A DNA stretch of 64,000 bases, taken from contig NMRA01000345.1 in assembly GCA_002633005.1 (NCBI GenBank), positions 271,131-335,130 on the forward strand. The letters run 5' to 3'. The stretch comes from Phoronis australis. Lineage: Eukaryota; Animalia; Phoronida. Position numbers and translations under genes: made by a program. Below, piece by piece: positions 1 to 11,924 of the stretch (the first letter of the stretch is position 1; each line of letters begins with the position of its first letter). The notes under the pieces are model-generated. The model was not told the origin of the DNA. It saw nothing but the letters and a program-made list of their open reading frames with translations, and ran no database searches.

Positions 1-898
1 CGACGCAAGTTGGCTTGGAGTCACAGTGGACCACGTCTTTTTTATTTCAATGCACATGGTGGTTATGTTTCGTGTACTGTCACGGGGAATCACAGAAAGG
101 TTGGCCACGGACGTGATATCCTTGTCAAGCCTGTGTCTCCTTCAATAAAGTGCATGAGAATACGTATTTTACCGCTATAGTAAGGCAATGTCCCGGTTTC
201 ACTAAAACTGGCGTGAGTTCAAAACGCTTGGAACTACGCTAGAACCTAGCTAAAATTAAAACTTTGCCAGATTACGCGAGATACTGCCGTGTATTGGCTA
301 GAACTATTCGAATACAAGTGCCTTGGATGAGCTCCTGTATTATCTAAACAACACTTTGTCGATTTGCCATGCACCGCATATTATTGACACTGATGACTAA
401 ACAAGTGCGTTATCCCTGTCACTTCGAAGAAGTTCTGATCGTCCAAATTTACTATAGTTTCCAAAAAGTTAACTTGTCCTGTCGGACAAGCTGCTTGTCC
501 AGACCAACAAATTGCTGTCCCGGGCAGTCGGACTATCGTTAATGTCGAACAAACCGTTGCACACGCACTTCAAGCACGGCAATCCCCACCCCACAGCTGC
601 TTTTGACCCTTGTAATGACTCGTCAACATAGGATTAGCATTCGCCAGTAAGAAGGACTTTAAAAATTGGCGGCAATGAAGTGCGGTGAGTTTGAGTATGA
701 TTCGAGTGTTATCACGGAGATTGGATACCAGGGCCAGGTAAACTATAAGCACATGTCTTGGATTGCACAAATTAGTATTTCAATAAGATACTGAGAATTT
801 GTAAAAAACATATTTTTCTAGTCTTAATAATTGAAAACGGCAGCTAAATATAGTGATCTCTTCTGTATAGAAACTCTCACGCTGCTACTAGGCATACA

Positions 899-1086
899 AA
901 CTATCCCAGAATGCAACAGAGAGGAACTGGTGTGGGGCATGCGCATTGAGATTTGCACATTCGCTATTGCTAGCATGCACTAGCATGTACTATAAACATG
1001 TTGGTGTCCATGATTAGAAACAGGTGACAGTATAAACAAAGAGTGAAGCACTGACCTCATCATGTTACAACGGAGATGTGACGTCA
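899..1086. promoter_or_regulatory. Promoter-like motif cluster (ZNF143/Staf-like, NRF1-like, CRE)
   Basis: AACTATCCCAGAATGCA at 899-915, GCATGCGCA at 937-945 and TGACGTCA at 1079-1086. No associated gene was identified. Confidence 0.3.
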
Positions 1087-1309
1087 GCAGCTGCAGAATG
1101 TAGGTCAAGGTGCTGGGTCAAGATTCAGTTCCCACAAGAATGTCACATGACTGTGACCAGCGCTACCTGTTAGTAAAGCATCGTTGTATCCAGCGCCATC
1201 TGTTTGTCGTAAAGGTTTTGGATGAGCGGGTACCTTTTGCCGCATGTTCAGCAAAGGGCATTGCACCGACATTTATACGCTATAAAAATAAGAGGAATAA
1301 TTTACATGA

Positions 1310-1886
1310 AAACGATATTTTGATTCAGTGATTTTTTTTCTCTCGTATTCTCTCACTTGTAAATCACCGATCTCCAATTTGAATGCAGGCGTCGTGTGGT
1401 CGGGATCCTTTGACTTGAGCATTATGGTCAGTTACAAGTGATAACCTACTTTAGCAGACGATATATTCCCGGTCGAAGCTTAGCGTGATAACAAATGTGT
1501 AGTAAGCTATAATACGAGTAGTTGCTAAACCTTAATTTATATTTCTATTTTGTTTTATTTTCAACAGGTTTTGGGTAAAAGCATTCTTTTACAAAAATAG
1601 CCCGGCTTTTCTTAAAAGGTCACGACCTCCGACCCCGGGCCTCATAGAAAGTAGTTACAAAGCCGAGGCGAGTCGAGAAAGGTAGATCGATTCATGGCAA
1701 TGTTTCTCGTTCAGTATGTGGTATAAATAGATTATGACATGTTTTCAGTCGTTATCCCCCTTATCTAGAGCCCTCGCGGATTTAGGAGAATTATCACCCT
1801 CGGGGCTATCGTCCCTAGGGCGATAATTCTCCAAAATCCACTCAGGGTATAACGGGGGATAACGACTTCGCCATGTAATAATCTAT
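1310..1886 (-). mobile_element. Non-autonomous element with a ~160-bp terminal hairpin (Crypton-like), copy 1
   Basis: 1727-1886 is an imperfect palindrome. 1310-1560 and 1800-1886 are the reverse complement of parts of 29033-29460. Confidence 0.6.
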
Positions 1887-4800
1887 ATGGATGTGGTTTC
1901 TACAGCTACCTCAAGGTTGTGAAGAAAAAATTTACAGTGTTGCCAGCGACATTGTGAAATCCCTTTTTCGCAGTGAGACTACATCACCTTAAATGTAATT
2001 CCTTGACTTTATTGGTTTTGTGTACCTGACTCTGTCCTGTAGCAACTGGAGTGTTGAAAAGAAGGCAATTTTTATTAGAGTCAAAACATTTCCACTTTTG
2101 ACTGTACAATTACATGTAGCTTTGTATTGTATTTTGAAAACATATTTGGTAGTATACAAGTCTCTGGTTGGCGTTTTATATCTTTTCACAAGGAATATTT
2201 TGAACATAGATGTGTTGCCTGTGACGTAGACAACTTCCAAATGAGACAAAAAATAAAATTGTCAAATATGGTTTTTACTTTTTAGATGTGTGATTACTTT
2301 TGAAAAACCAGTGCAAAATTTGATGTTTACTATTCATTGAAAGAGAATAAATCCAGAAATTATACAAAAGCGGAATAATACATGGTTGGGGATTGATGTA
2401 CTAATGCAATGGAGTCTGAGCTCTTTCCATGAGCAGTACAACACAATACATGGATATCAAATATTAGTGTTTAACGTTCAACGGAAAGGATTCGTGTGCG
2501 CTGTAAGAGTTACTGAGTTGCATGATAAGTTTTTATGGATACTTTGTGAGTCCTCTTCTGTGGTCATCTACGGGAAACCAGGTCGCATAGATTAGCATGG
2601 TCATTGTTCCCAATGTTATAGTAAAGATAATTGCGATCATTTGTCGGCAACAGATTGACGTGCGCCCAAGGTGCTATATACATGTGAACTGTGTTGTTAT
2701 ATCCAACAATGACAAAACAAAGGAAAACAGCGATGCGACCGATGGGCAATCTACATGCGATGAAATGCTATGGGCAGTGGTAGAGTTTGTCTTGTCATTG
2801 GAATGTTTTAAGAGAATTGCAAACCCGGTATTTCGTCAGGCAAATTTGTGCGGCCTTTTGTTTAAAGTCGTATGAAAAATTGTGGCCTCGCCACTTAACT
2901 ATCATTCATTTGATATTACAATGTATTGCATGAACATTTGATCAACAGAAAATCAGACTTGAATAGGAAATTGCAAAGCATAGCAAAATGTAAATCAAAA
3001 TAAACTACATTCCTCGCGTTCATGTCTAAATCTGTTGACTAGGGAAGATATAATTGGATTTTTGAAAAAAGTGATCAATGGATGGTATAGGGCTCATTAA
3101 GTCCAAGATTGTAGGAAGTAAAACATTAAAAACATTCAGAAGGAACAAACTCGTTGGAAAATATCGAAAAACATAAAGGACAATCAGTTTTTACGTGCTC
3201 ACGCAGCGATCTCAGATATTTGAAAATTTCTTTTATTAGTACATTTGAGGTGCCAAAATGTATAACTAATAAACTGGCCGACAAAAGTTTTATTTCATGC
3301 ATTGAAATTAACATTGTTTTTCGACACGTTGGCTATGTTTCATTCTCATGGCAGTCGGGGAAGATTTGATATACAAGTAGCAGTTTATTGAACATAATCT
3401 CACAATGGCATAGCGGGGGGCAGTGTAGTAAAACTACTGAATGAGGGTGGTAAATCGGAATCTTTTTTCAAGACATCTGGGTAACAATTTACAGACACCA
3501 CTTAACAATCCCAAAAGAACTATAGTCCAATAGCTTTCATTCAAGGTAAAACATAAACAGTTAAAATTGGACAGTTTTAACAGCGTAAAAACATCGCTGC
3601 GAAGCCGTAAAATGTTTTTGAGCCCATAACTTTGGTGGAACGTAATATTTTGGGGGAGATATTTTACAACTTTTTAAAGATCTCATAGGACTACCTATGT
3701 GTCGAATTTGGTGAAAATCAGCTGACCCCCACCTTGCAGCTAAATGGCTGGTGCTCCCGTGCACAGGCAATTTAAAGTGCTTACTTCAGGTTGGGTCAAA
3801 AATGTTGCCGCTGTTTTTAAAACATATGATATGGTAATTGGTCTGCAATTTCACACAAAATTAAATTATTACTATTTCCAAAAAGCAAGGGTGTATATAA
3901 TAAGTATTTTTACTTTTCACACCTACTCAAAAGAATTCTTTAACCGTATCACCAGTAAGCAAAATATGCAAGTTATTTGAGACAAATTCAAACCGTTGTT
4001 AACTCGATTTCAAGCCTTTTGAGTTTTGATACGTTCATCAATTTTAATCAGGGATTAGAGATTCATGGGTCAGACAAGCGCACTTCTGGTCAAAGTCTGA
4101 GGGAACCGTTTCTCAGATATTTTTATTTTTCTTCTAACATAAGATATGAAGACATGGGTCACTTAAGAAATGATGGAGAATCTGTGTGTTGTTTGAGAGT
4201 AATTAAAAATCTTATGACACCATTGCTTGCTTACATGTATTGAGATAAAGAATAATATGTTCAAATACAGTGTACGACCTCACTCAAATGTTCACAGCAA
4301 AAATGCAATTTTCACAGAAATGGGAGTCATATGAATTTATAAATGTCTAGCAACACTTCAAGTCATGAGTCAAGACTGTCATTGAGAATTCAGAAAATGC
4401 AATAAATTTTTATAGGTTTACAATAGATAGCAAAATAATTTCATGTAACTTGAAAGAACTTCATGAAGGTTAAGAATTACCGCACCATGCGCTTTCACCC
4501 GGAAACTATTAGCTGTTATTTCCACACATTTAGTTGTATCGAATTTAACATTCCCAACTCCCTATGCCAACCTTCCGCTGTGGACCTGAATTAGGTAAAT
4601 TAACAAAACAACATATATGCCTTTCTTGAAAAATAGCTGTCCCTTTTTAAAGGCTTTGTTCTTTGTCTCCGATATAGAAAGTAAGTTTTAACAACTGATC
4701 TGCACTGGATAGGAAGATCTTGCTGGTTACCTGCAATCAACTGCTTAAAACCATTTTTTGTCCATTGAGGGACGACTGCAGAAGTTATGCATATCTCCTC

Positions 4801-5858
4801 TGCACGGCCCTAGATCTCAAACCTTCAAAACAAAGGGCAGGCGAAAACCGACATAATATATTTCCATTTCAACGTGTAACAGATTTCCGAACGACATACA
4901 TGTAGGATAGTAGTAAACAAATAGTCCAGTGGAAATTTGTCAAGTACCCTTTACCTTTGGGCTTGCATTGTAATCGTTCCCCACTAACAAATACCAAGTT
5001 GACAGCATAAAAATCCAGCATGGATTGATGTAACTGTCACCGATAAAACCTTTTAGAAATCATTTCAAACATTAATTACTGTTTTTATGTACGAAAAGGA
5101 CCCAGGTGCTACGTCACGTATCGTAACACACATCAAAACAAACAATTATAAACTCGACTGGAGACTGCCGCAAAGTCGACATCGAAGTTAACAGTCATCA
5201 GTATTGTAAACATGAAATAATCGGTAAAATAAACACAACCCTTACCTTTCTATAACGTCATGCTTATTTCGTCTCGTTGAAGCACCCTTTTCACGCAATC
5301 TCTGATTCAGTTGGCCCGACTGCTAGCCATTAAAGGGTTCGCGAAATCGAGGCTGCTTAATCTATCACCACTAGTACACGGGCGCCCTGTAGTAATTTAA
5401 AGATTGTCGAATAGCCCCATTTGCTATTGCAGATCATATTCTTAAGCCACTTTCTGTTTTTAATCACGCGACTTGAGCCACAGTAGATGCACGTGTAGGT
5501 AAGTCTTATGGGAACGTCAATCAGCGACGAAATGTTATTATGAAATGTGCAAAACGCACAAAGATGCATCTACAGTTGTATTGCCACAGGTCGTGTGTTT
5601 AGGGGGTTGTGGGTCGTGAAGGTCGTGGGTCGAGGGTGTTGTGGAGTGTGGGGGTCGAGGGAGTTTAAGTACAATTGATCAGAAACTTGCAACAGTTTTC
5701 ATGATTCTGGAAACGAATGTATATCAAAGTGTTTTTTCGTCATGATGAATGTGAAATAATTAAATTTCTGAGTACTAATACAAATGTTAAAATTTAACTA
5801 ATGCTATGCTCTGAATATTGAGCTGGTCGTGCGAACATAAATTTCTTGGCTGGTTGTG

Positions 5859-6069
5859 AATATCCGAATATGTAATTTATGTAATTTCCCAACGAAGAAC
5901 GATCTTAAAAGTTTGAACAATGTACTAGTAGAAATTTTCTCACTGACTCTATAATTCCCTGAATATTTTGCTGGTTCGACGAAAAAAAAATGGCTTGGCA
6001 GGTTGTCAATATCTGGAATATGCAATTAATTAAGTTTCCAACGAAGACCGATTTTAAAAGTTTGAACAA
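5859..6069. repeat. Local direct duplication, ~60-bp core with ~150-bp spacing
   Basis: The AATATC..AATATG..CCAACGAAGA.CGAT.TTAAAAGTTTGAACAA pattern occurs at about 5859-5920 and about 6008-6069. Confidence 0.6.
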
Positions 6070-6109
6070 AGCTTGAAACACTCAATTTGCGGTTTTTCAT
6101 TCAATGTGT

Positions 6110-6115
6110 TTTATT
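6110..6115 (-). terminator. Polyadenylation signal of the chitinase gene
   Basis: AATAAA on the minus strand about 65 nt after the stop codon. Confidence 0.55.
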
Positions 6116-6180
6116 GAACTTAATCCAAATATTACAGCTGGCCATGTGGCAATCACGTGCAAAATGTTTCTACATATGTA

Positions 6181-6347
6181 TCAGCAATTTGTCAGATGAG
6201 GCCAGTTGCAGACGTTCACTCTACTGTCAAACAAGGTTCCGGGTGGACATCGGTGAATGAAGTCTCTGCTGTGGTAGCATTGGTGGAATATTTGACAGTT
6301 GTCTGGGTCGGGGAAAATTCCTTTTCTTCCAAGACAGCTGAACTTGC
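6181..6347 (-). CDS. GH18 chitinase terminal exon: CBM14 (peritrophin-A) chitin-binding domain
   Basis: Six-Cys pattern FSCLGRKGIFPDPDNCQIFHQC..CPPGTLFDSRVNVCNWPHLTNC*. The acceptor ttaacag|GC is phase 1 and matches the donor at 7917. Confidence 0.93.
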
Positions 6348-6737
6348 CTGTTAAATTGATTAAGTTAATTACTTTTCGCCGATATTGTGGTGGAATTGTC
6401 ACTTCGAGCGGAAAGGCTAAACAATACTTGAACACGGCCGAAAGACAAGTTCAGTGGTGCCACTGTCAGTAAAATGTCATCTGCCAGTTTTCTTTATCAT
6501 GCACTTTAGCTTACATGGAAAACCAAGGTTCGAAAATAATAAAAAAATATTGTAAAGTGGCGCAGACTACGTCTAGTCAGTCCGAGAAGTTGATGTCCTA
6601 CAAAATCTGTTTGCCATCCAACTATTCGCCCTAATTCATAGCAAAACATTATCTGTTTTAGCATAGTCATTGCCTGTCGTCAACTTTTATCACAAAAAGT
6701 GTGATTTGATGCTTACCAGAAAATCAAGTACACCTGA

Positions 6738-6969
6738 CGGTGGCGGATCCAGAATTATGAGTTAGTAGGGCCAGGTTAAAGGAGTTACCAGAATTTCGCC
6801 ACATGCGCGCGAAAAGCCTAACATGTACGGATGGAGGGCGTCCCTAATTTTTGGGTTTGTGGACATTATTACCAAAAATAGCAATGTGTAAACGGGGTTT
6901 ATTCGAGGAATCGGGGAGAATTTTATGGGGGCCACGGCCCCCTGTGTTCCCCCACTAAATCCGCCACTG
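6738..6969. mobile_element. Short TIR element (MITE) in a chitinase intron
   Basis: Termini CGGTGGCGGATCCAG and CTAAATCCGCCACTG. Flanks CCTGA/CTTGA form a 5-bp TSD with one mismatch. Confidence 0.7.
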
Positions 6970-7916
6970 CTTGAGACACCTAAGATTTGTAAAACATGAC
7001 TTGATGGTACCCAACTTCCATTCGATTTTTTATAATCAGGAGAGATTTTGCAATCCATGGATGCAGATCCTCGTAATTTATAGGAATCGCATGTAATTCT
7101 GGCATTGAAGCAGGAGTATTTTTAGTACAGTCCAGTGCACTTGCGTTAGTCACAAAAGATCCGAAATATACTAAGCAATCAGTTTTTCTGAACTTGGTAC
7201 AGGGTTTTAAAATTCTTATCCCGGAAGACAACTCACGCGGCTGTGTACACCGTGAGGAAAAAGGCTAGCCACAGTGGGCCAAACCTACAACTATTCAGTC
7301 GCTGAATATGCAAATTGCACAATTTGGGATCAGTAACGCTTTCTTTGCAATCTCTCGAGGCTAGACATAATACTCTGCATGTATTTCCCCACAAACCAAT
7401 ATTCCAACGTCATCGCCTGCGTACAATATCGGTAGTTTTCCTATTACGCGTTATAAAGCTTGCTAACTAGACACGTCACCAGCAGGATTTTATGAAATAG
7501 TTATTGGCGAAGATGAAAAACCTGAATGTCAGAAAGTGCTGTTAACGTCATTTCAACTGTGTGCAACGCCAGCATAAATGGACTCAATCTTCAAATGATG
7601 TTACTAACCAGATGTGTACAATATAGGTTTAACCTCTGAATCACAATTTTGACTTCACAAACTGTTATTCCGATAGAACCTTTTAGTAAATTCACCCGAA
7701 TTTCCCTTGTGGTCATTCAGACGTCTGGTTTCACATGTCCACAACCACGTCTATTTTTTCTCTCAATTTAAAGTAAACACTTAGAGTGAGATTTCGCTTA
7801 ACTCGACTAAAGCGAGATCAGGGCATAAGTCCCGCCATCATCAAACAGTGATAATTAAAAAGTAAAAAATAAACTACACGGTCCACATAATTTCGAGCTC
7901 CAGGAACAATATTCAC

Positions 7917-8184
7917 CTGTGGGCGTCTTGGTTACCACAGGATCTGTCGGCCACAGTGTTGCTACGGGGTCTTTGGTTGGAAGAATAGGTTTCTCCGTCC
8001 TCCAAGTTGTCATCGGTTCGTATGTTGTTCTAACTGGAATGACAACCTTACCGCCATCGAGGATTTTTTTGACAGCGTTCATCAAGGGATACTTTCCTTG
8101 CCCACACGATTGACCATTGAAGTCGTCCAAGTCTAGCGCCCAGAACATGGCTCCGCCAAACCCATTGTTTTTCACGTAATTGGC
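7917..8184 (-). CDS. GH18 chitinase exon: end of catalytic barrel plus Thr/Pro-rich linker
   Basis: ANYVKNNGFGGAMFWALDLDDFNGQSCGQGKYPLMNAVK is the conserved GH18 C-terminal motif. Acceptor ctaccag|GCC and donor ACAG|gtgaat. Confidence 0.95.
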
Positions 8185-8360
8185 CTGGTAGAAACGAAAA
8201 CAATATCATACATGTCGCATAGATTAGAGTAATATATTTCTCCGGATTTGGTCCACCCTAGTTGGGCAACAATACTACACCAAGGCTTTCGAAGTGTGTG
8301 AAACAACAAACATTGTTTGTTATTCGGTGTTGACATATTGTCATCACGTGTAAGCCGTAC

Positions 8361-8480
8361 CTTTATGACCAGACTCTCTACATCTTCGTATCCAGCCCAA
8401 AAGTCATCTTTTACCACGTAAGGAACTTTCTGGTCGTCGTCAAAGATTCTTCTTGCGCCAGACTTCAGCAAATCGCAAAC
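8361..8480 (-). CDS. GH18 chitinase internal exon (120 nt, phase 0-0)
   Basis: VCDLLKSGARRIFDDDQKVPYVVKDDFWAGYEDVESLVIK. Acceptor tttttag|GTT and donor AAG|gtacgg. Confidence 0.93.
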
Positions 8481-8580
8481 CTAAAAAGCAACCAACTAAC
8501 GTTTTGATCGATCACATTTCAAACAGGATTGTATCAGATGACGGGGAGAGAAACGATGAAGCTGTGTTGTCTACAGCTTA

Positions 8581-9525
8581 CAGAGCTCGACATAACGAGC
8601 TGCAGGTTGCATTTGCGACCTGAAATTTGGAAATGCGAGCTGAGAAATTTGTCAGCTCATATCAAGTCGCAAAATGCGACCTGGAATTTCCAACGAATGC
8701 GAGCTGAGGTTTTACACTTCTCGGTAGATACCTGGCAAATATAAAGCAACTCTTGTTAATCCGACCGTTATTTTGGTCGTTGTCAGTGGCGGATTTAGAG
8801 GGGGCCAAGGGGGTCATGCCCTCCCTAAAATTCTGCATTCTCCAATTGACAGTTCGGAGGTGCGAATGTCTGACGGGCAAAATTCTGGATAATACTCTGC
8901 CCTGCCCCCCCCTCCCCAACTCAAAACCCTGGATCCGCCCCTGGTTGTCAAATCCAAGTTCAAAAGAACACTAATCGAGAACAGCCCTCCCGATGACTTG
9001 TAGCAAGTCGCATGAACATGGGATATGCAGAATCGATCTTTGACGCGTTTCATTGGCTAACATTTTTGGCCACTGATACAAGTTTCCGGATTCGCCGAAG
9101 AAAGTTTCGGGCAACTGCATAACATGTGATAAAACGTCACAAAACAGCGGTCTTTCAATTAATTCTTAAGCTATCTGCTTTCTTAACTTTGTGGTGAACA
9201 AATACGTTTATTTGTCCTTATTACATGAACAAAATACCCACGACAATATCCTTGATATCGCACTGCAGCACTGGTGGGTCCCGTTGATAGCGCGCAAGCG
9301 GTCCCGGCAGACGGTTGTGACTTAGAGATATGCGTCTCGTTTGTATCGCATATGACAGCATAAGTGAAAATGGCAATCCTATTAATAGTCAAACAACGGC
9401 CACGTCTTTACTTTCAGTTGCCAAGAAATTCTCAAATCCCTGTGCTAATTTCTGGGGCTACGCGCGCGAAATATGATTTGTCTTTCACACTGGGGTTGTT
9501 GTTAACGCAAGATGTAGGCCTACTC
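8581..9525 (+). mobile_element. hAT5-like non-autonomous DNA transposon, left part only (copy 1)
   Basis: Colinear with 18071-18845, starts with CAGAGCTCGAC and ends abruptly at the Gypsy LTR. Confidence 0.8.
8784..8943. mobile_element. 160-bp MITE nested in the hAT5-like element
   Basis: Termini CAGTGGCGGATTTAG and CTGGATCCGCCCCTG with a perfect GTTGT TSD. It is absent from the paralogous site near 18260. Confidence 0.85.
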
Positions 9526-9793
9526 TGTTATGTTCGTGGTTTTCATTAAACTTGCAGAGTGCAAAACATAACCTTATATGGCACTGGTAGCTAGAATCAT
9601 AGATTGTGTAAGTTGTGCAAAACAATTCTCTGAAATCTGATTATGACTCATGAGCATATGATCTTTGGTTCTGACAAACAAGTTTTCAGTTGAGAGTTAG
9701 ACAGCATAGTGAATAGATGTATCTTGTAGATCTCTAGAATAAACCCACGTAAAACCGTAACACAGAGTTGTGTTTGAAAGAGGTTTTCATACA
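9526..9793 (+). repeat. Gypsy 5' LTR (268 bp)
   Basis: TG...CA ends and an internal AATAAA. It begins exactly where hAT5 homology stops, and its last 25 bp recur at 14984-15008. Confidence 0.8.
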
Positions 9794-9804
9794 TGGTGGC
9801 AGCG
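9794..9804 (+). other. Primer binding site, tRNA-Leu type
   Basis: TGGTGGCAGCG directly after the LTR, complementary to the 3' end of tRNA-Leu (..CGCTGCCACCA). Confidence 0.8.
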
Positions 9805-9878
9805 AACTCATTGGTTTTAGAGTTAAAGCCAGTGGAACACAGATTTTAGTGTTGGAGACATTCTACATCGATACTGAC

Positions 9879-10775
9879 ATGGCTGAGGGAACTGACAAGT
9901 TCCTACCCGCAATCAAACCACCACAGACACTGGATTTGTCCGCCGCTGACAGAATCGGACAGTGGGAACTGTGGAGGCAACAGTGGACTAATTATACCCT
10001 TTTGTCAAAGCTTGATGGACAACCCGAAGAGTATAAACTGGCAATGTTTTTAAACTGCATTGGCACGGACGTTCTGAGAATTTACAACGGCTTTACATTC
10101 GATGGTGAGAAGGCCGTCGCAACAACCATCACACGCTTTGATGACTACATCATTGGACATACCAACATCACATATGAAAGGTATTTGTTCAACTCTTTGA
10201 AGCAGCGAGGTGAGTCTTTTGATGTTTTCTTGACAAACCTACGACATTTGCAACGCAACTGTCAATTCTGCGACTGCATGGAAGACACCCTGCTCAGAGA
10301 CATAATTGTAACGGGCATTGACAATGATGAACTGAGAAAAACTTTGTTAGAGGTTCAAGATTTGAGCCTGACCAAGTGCATTGACATGTGCAGAGCTACT
10401 GAGGCAACGGCTGCCAGGTTGAAATCAATGTCACATGCGAATGAGGTCCACACAGTTAAGCGCACTAATCCTAAGAAAGCGCAGAAGGCTAGGAGCATTA
10501 AGAAATGTCACTTCTGTGCCAAAATGCATGCTATGAGCAAAGAATTGTGTCCGGCTTATGCACAAACCTGCACAGCATGCGGCAAACGAAATCACTTTGC
10601 AGCTGTTTGTAAGCGAAAACCTAGACGCAATGTGAACACTGTTGGTGAAGACAGTGATGATGGCTATCTCAACTCCGTTAACGTAAATGCTGTCGAGTCT
10701 GATAGGCTAATCTATGCGACAATGAAAGTGAACGGACAGAATATTCGCTTTCAAATAGTTGTGGTGCATCGGTGA
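9879..10775 (+). pseudogene. Gypsy gag with zinc knuckles, running into a frameshifted aspartic protease
   Basis: WELWRQQWTNY, ERYLFN and CHFCAKMH..CPAYAQTCTACGKRNHFAAVC. The protease active-site motif is broken by a frameshift near 10758. Confidence 0.88.
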
Positions 10776-10938
10776 ATGCAATCCCTGCTAAGTAATGCGT
10801 CCCTAAAATGAGGCTATAAAGCCCCCAACGGAGAAGCTATTCGGGTGGTGCGGTTCAGAAGGAAACAAACCATTAGGAGAGGGTACAGCCAAAATTGAGA
10901 ATCCTGTCAATGGTAGATGCTACAACTTCGAATTCTGT

Positions 10939-11919
10939 GTGATGTCAGAGAATTTGACGCCCATTCTAGGAGCCGACGCATGCAAACAGATGGGTCTGAT
11001 CACTGTGAATAGTGAAAATATGTGTAGCATTGAGAACCGTGGCGATCTGCTTGAGAAATATGCAGACATTTTCAATGATGATATTGGCACACTACCTGGT
11101 GTGGTACACCTGGAAGTTGATGCTGCCGTAACTCCAGTTGTTATGCCTGCCAGACGCCTTCCAGCAATGTTGAAGCCTAAATTAAAACTGGAATTAGATA
11201 AGCTGACCGAGCAAAAGGTACTAGCGCCCGTGAATAAGCCAACCGATTGGGTAAGCAGTCTCGTGGTAGCGACAAAGAAATCAGGCGATCTCAGAATATG
11301 CATAGATCCCCGACCCTTGAACAAGGCTCTGAAAAGAGAACACTTCTACTTACCTACCCTTGATGATGTTTTGCCAGAGCTGACGAAAGCAAGAATTATC
11401 TCGACTGTTGACCTGAAATCCGGCTATTGGCATGTGGTGCTTGATGAGGAATCTTCTTACCTGACAACGTTCGGTACACCGTTTGGTAGATTTCGATGGT
11501 TACGTCTTCCATTTGGTACAAATGTCAGCAGCGAATTGTTCGCAAAGCGTCTGTATAGCTGCGTTGGTGACTTGCCAGGAGTTGTATGTGTTGCGGATGA
11601 CCTGATGATTTTTGGATCCGGCAACAACGACGAAGAAGCCACTAAGGACCATGACAACAAGCTTGAAAAACTATTTCAGCGGTGCAGAGAAGTTGGAATA
11701 CGTCTCAACCGAGCTAAAATGCGAATACGACAGAAGTCAGTACCTTTTCTTGGACACATGGGCACACAAGATGGTCTGAAGCCTGACCCTGCGAAAGTGA
11801 CAGCAGTACAAGAAATGCCAAGACAAACCGATATTGAAGGCATTAGACGACTGAATGGATTTGTGAATTACCTTGCTAAATTCCTACCTAGACTGTCAGA
11901 TGTGATGGAACCTATTTAA
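10939..11919 (+). pseudogene. Gypsy reverse transcriptase
   Basis: LRICIDPRPLN, DLKSGYWHV, FGRFRWLRLPFG, VADDL and FLGH. Premature stop at 11919. Confidence 0.95.
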
Positions 11920-11924
11920 GGCAG

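Noticed and set aside
2500-2860. Hydrophobic minus-strand peptides resembling a transporter fragment
   Set aside because: There are stops in every frame, no convincing splice sites and no family motif I can name with confidence.
2894-4474. Possible TTAA-flanked DNA transposon
   Set aside because: The sequence has repeat-like texture, but the candidate TIRs match too poorly to set boundaries.
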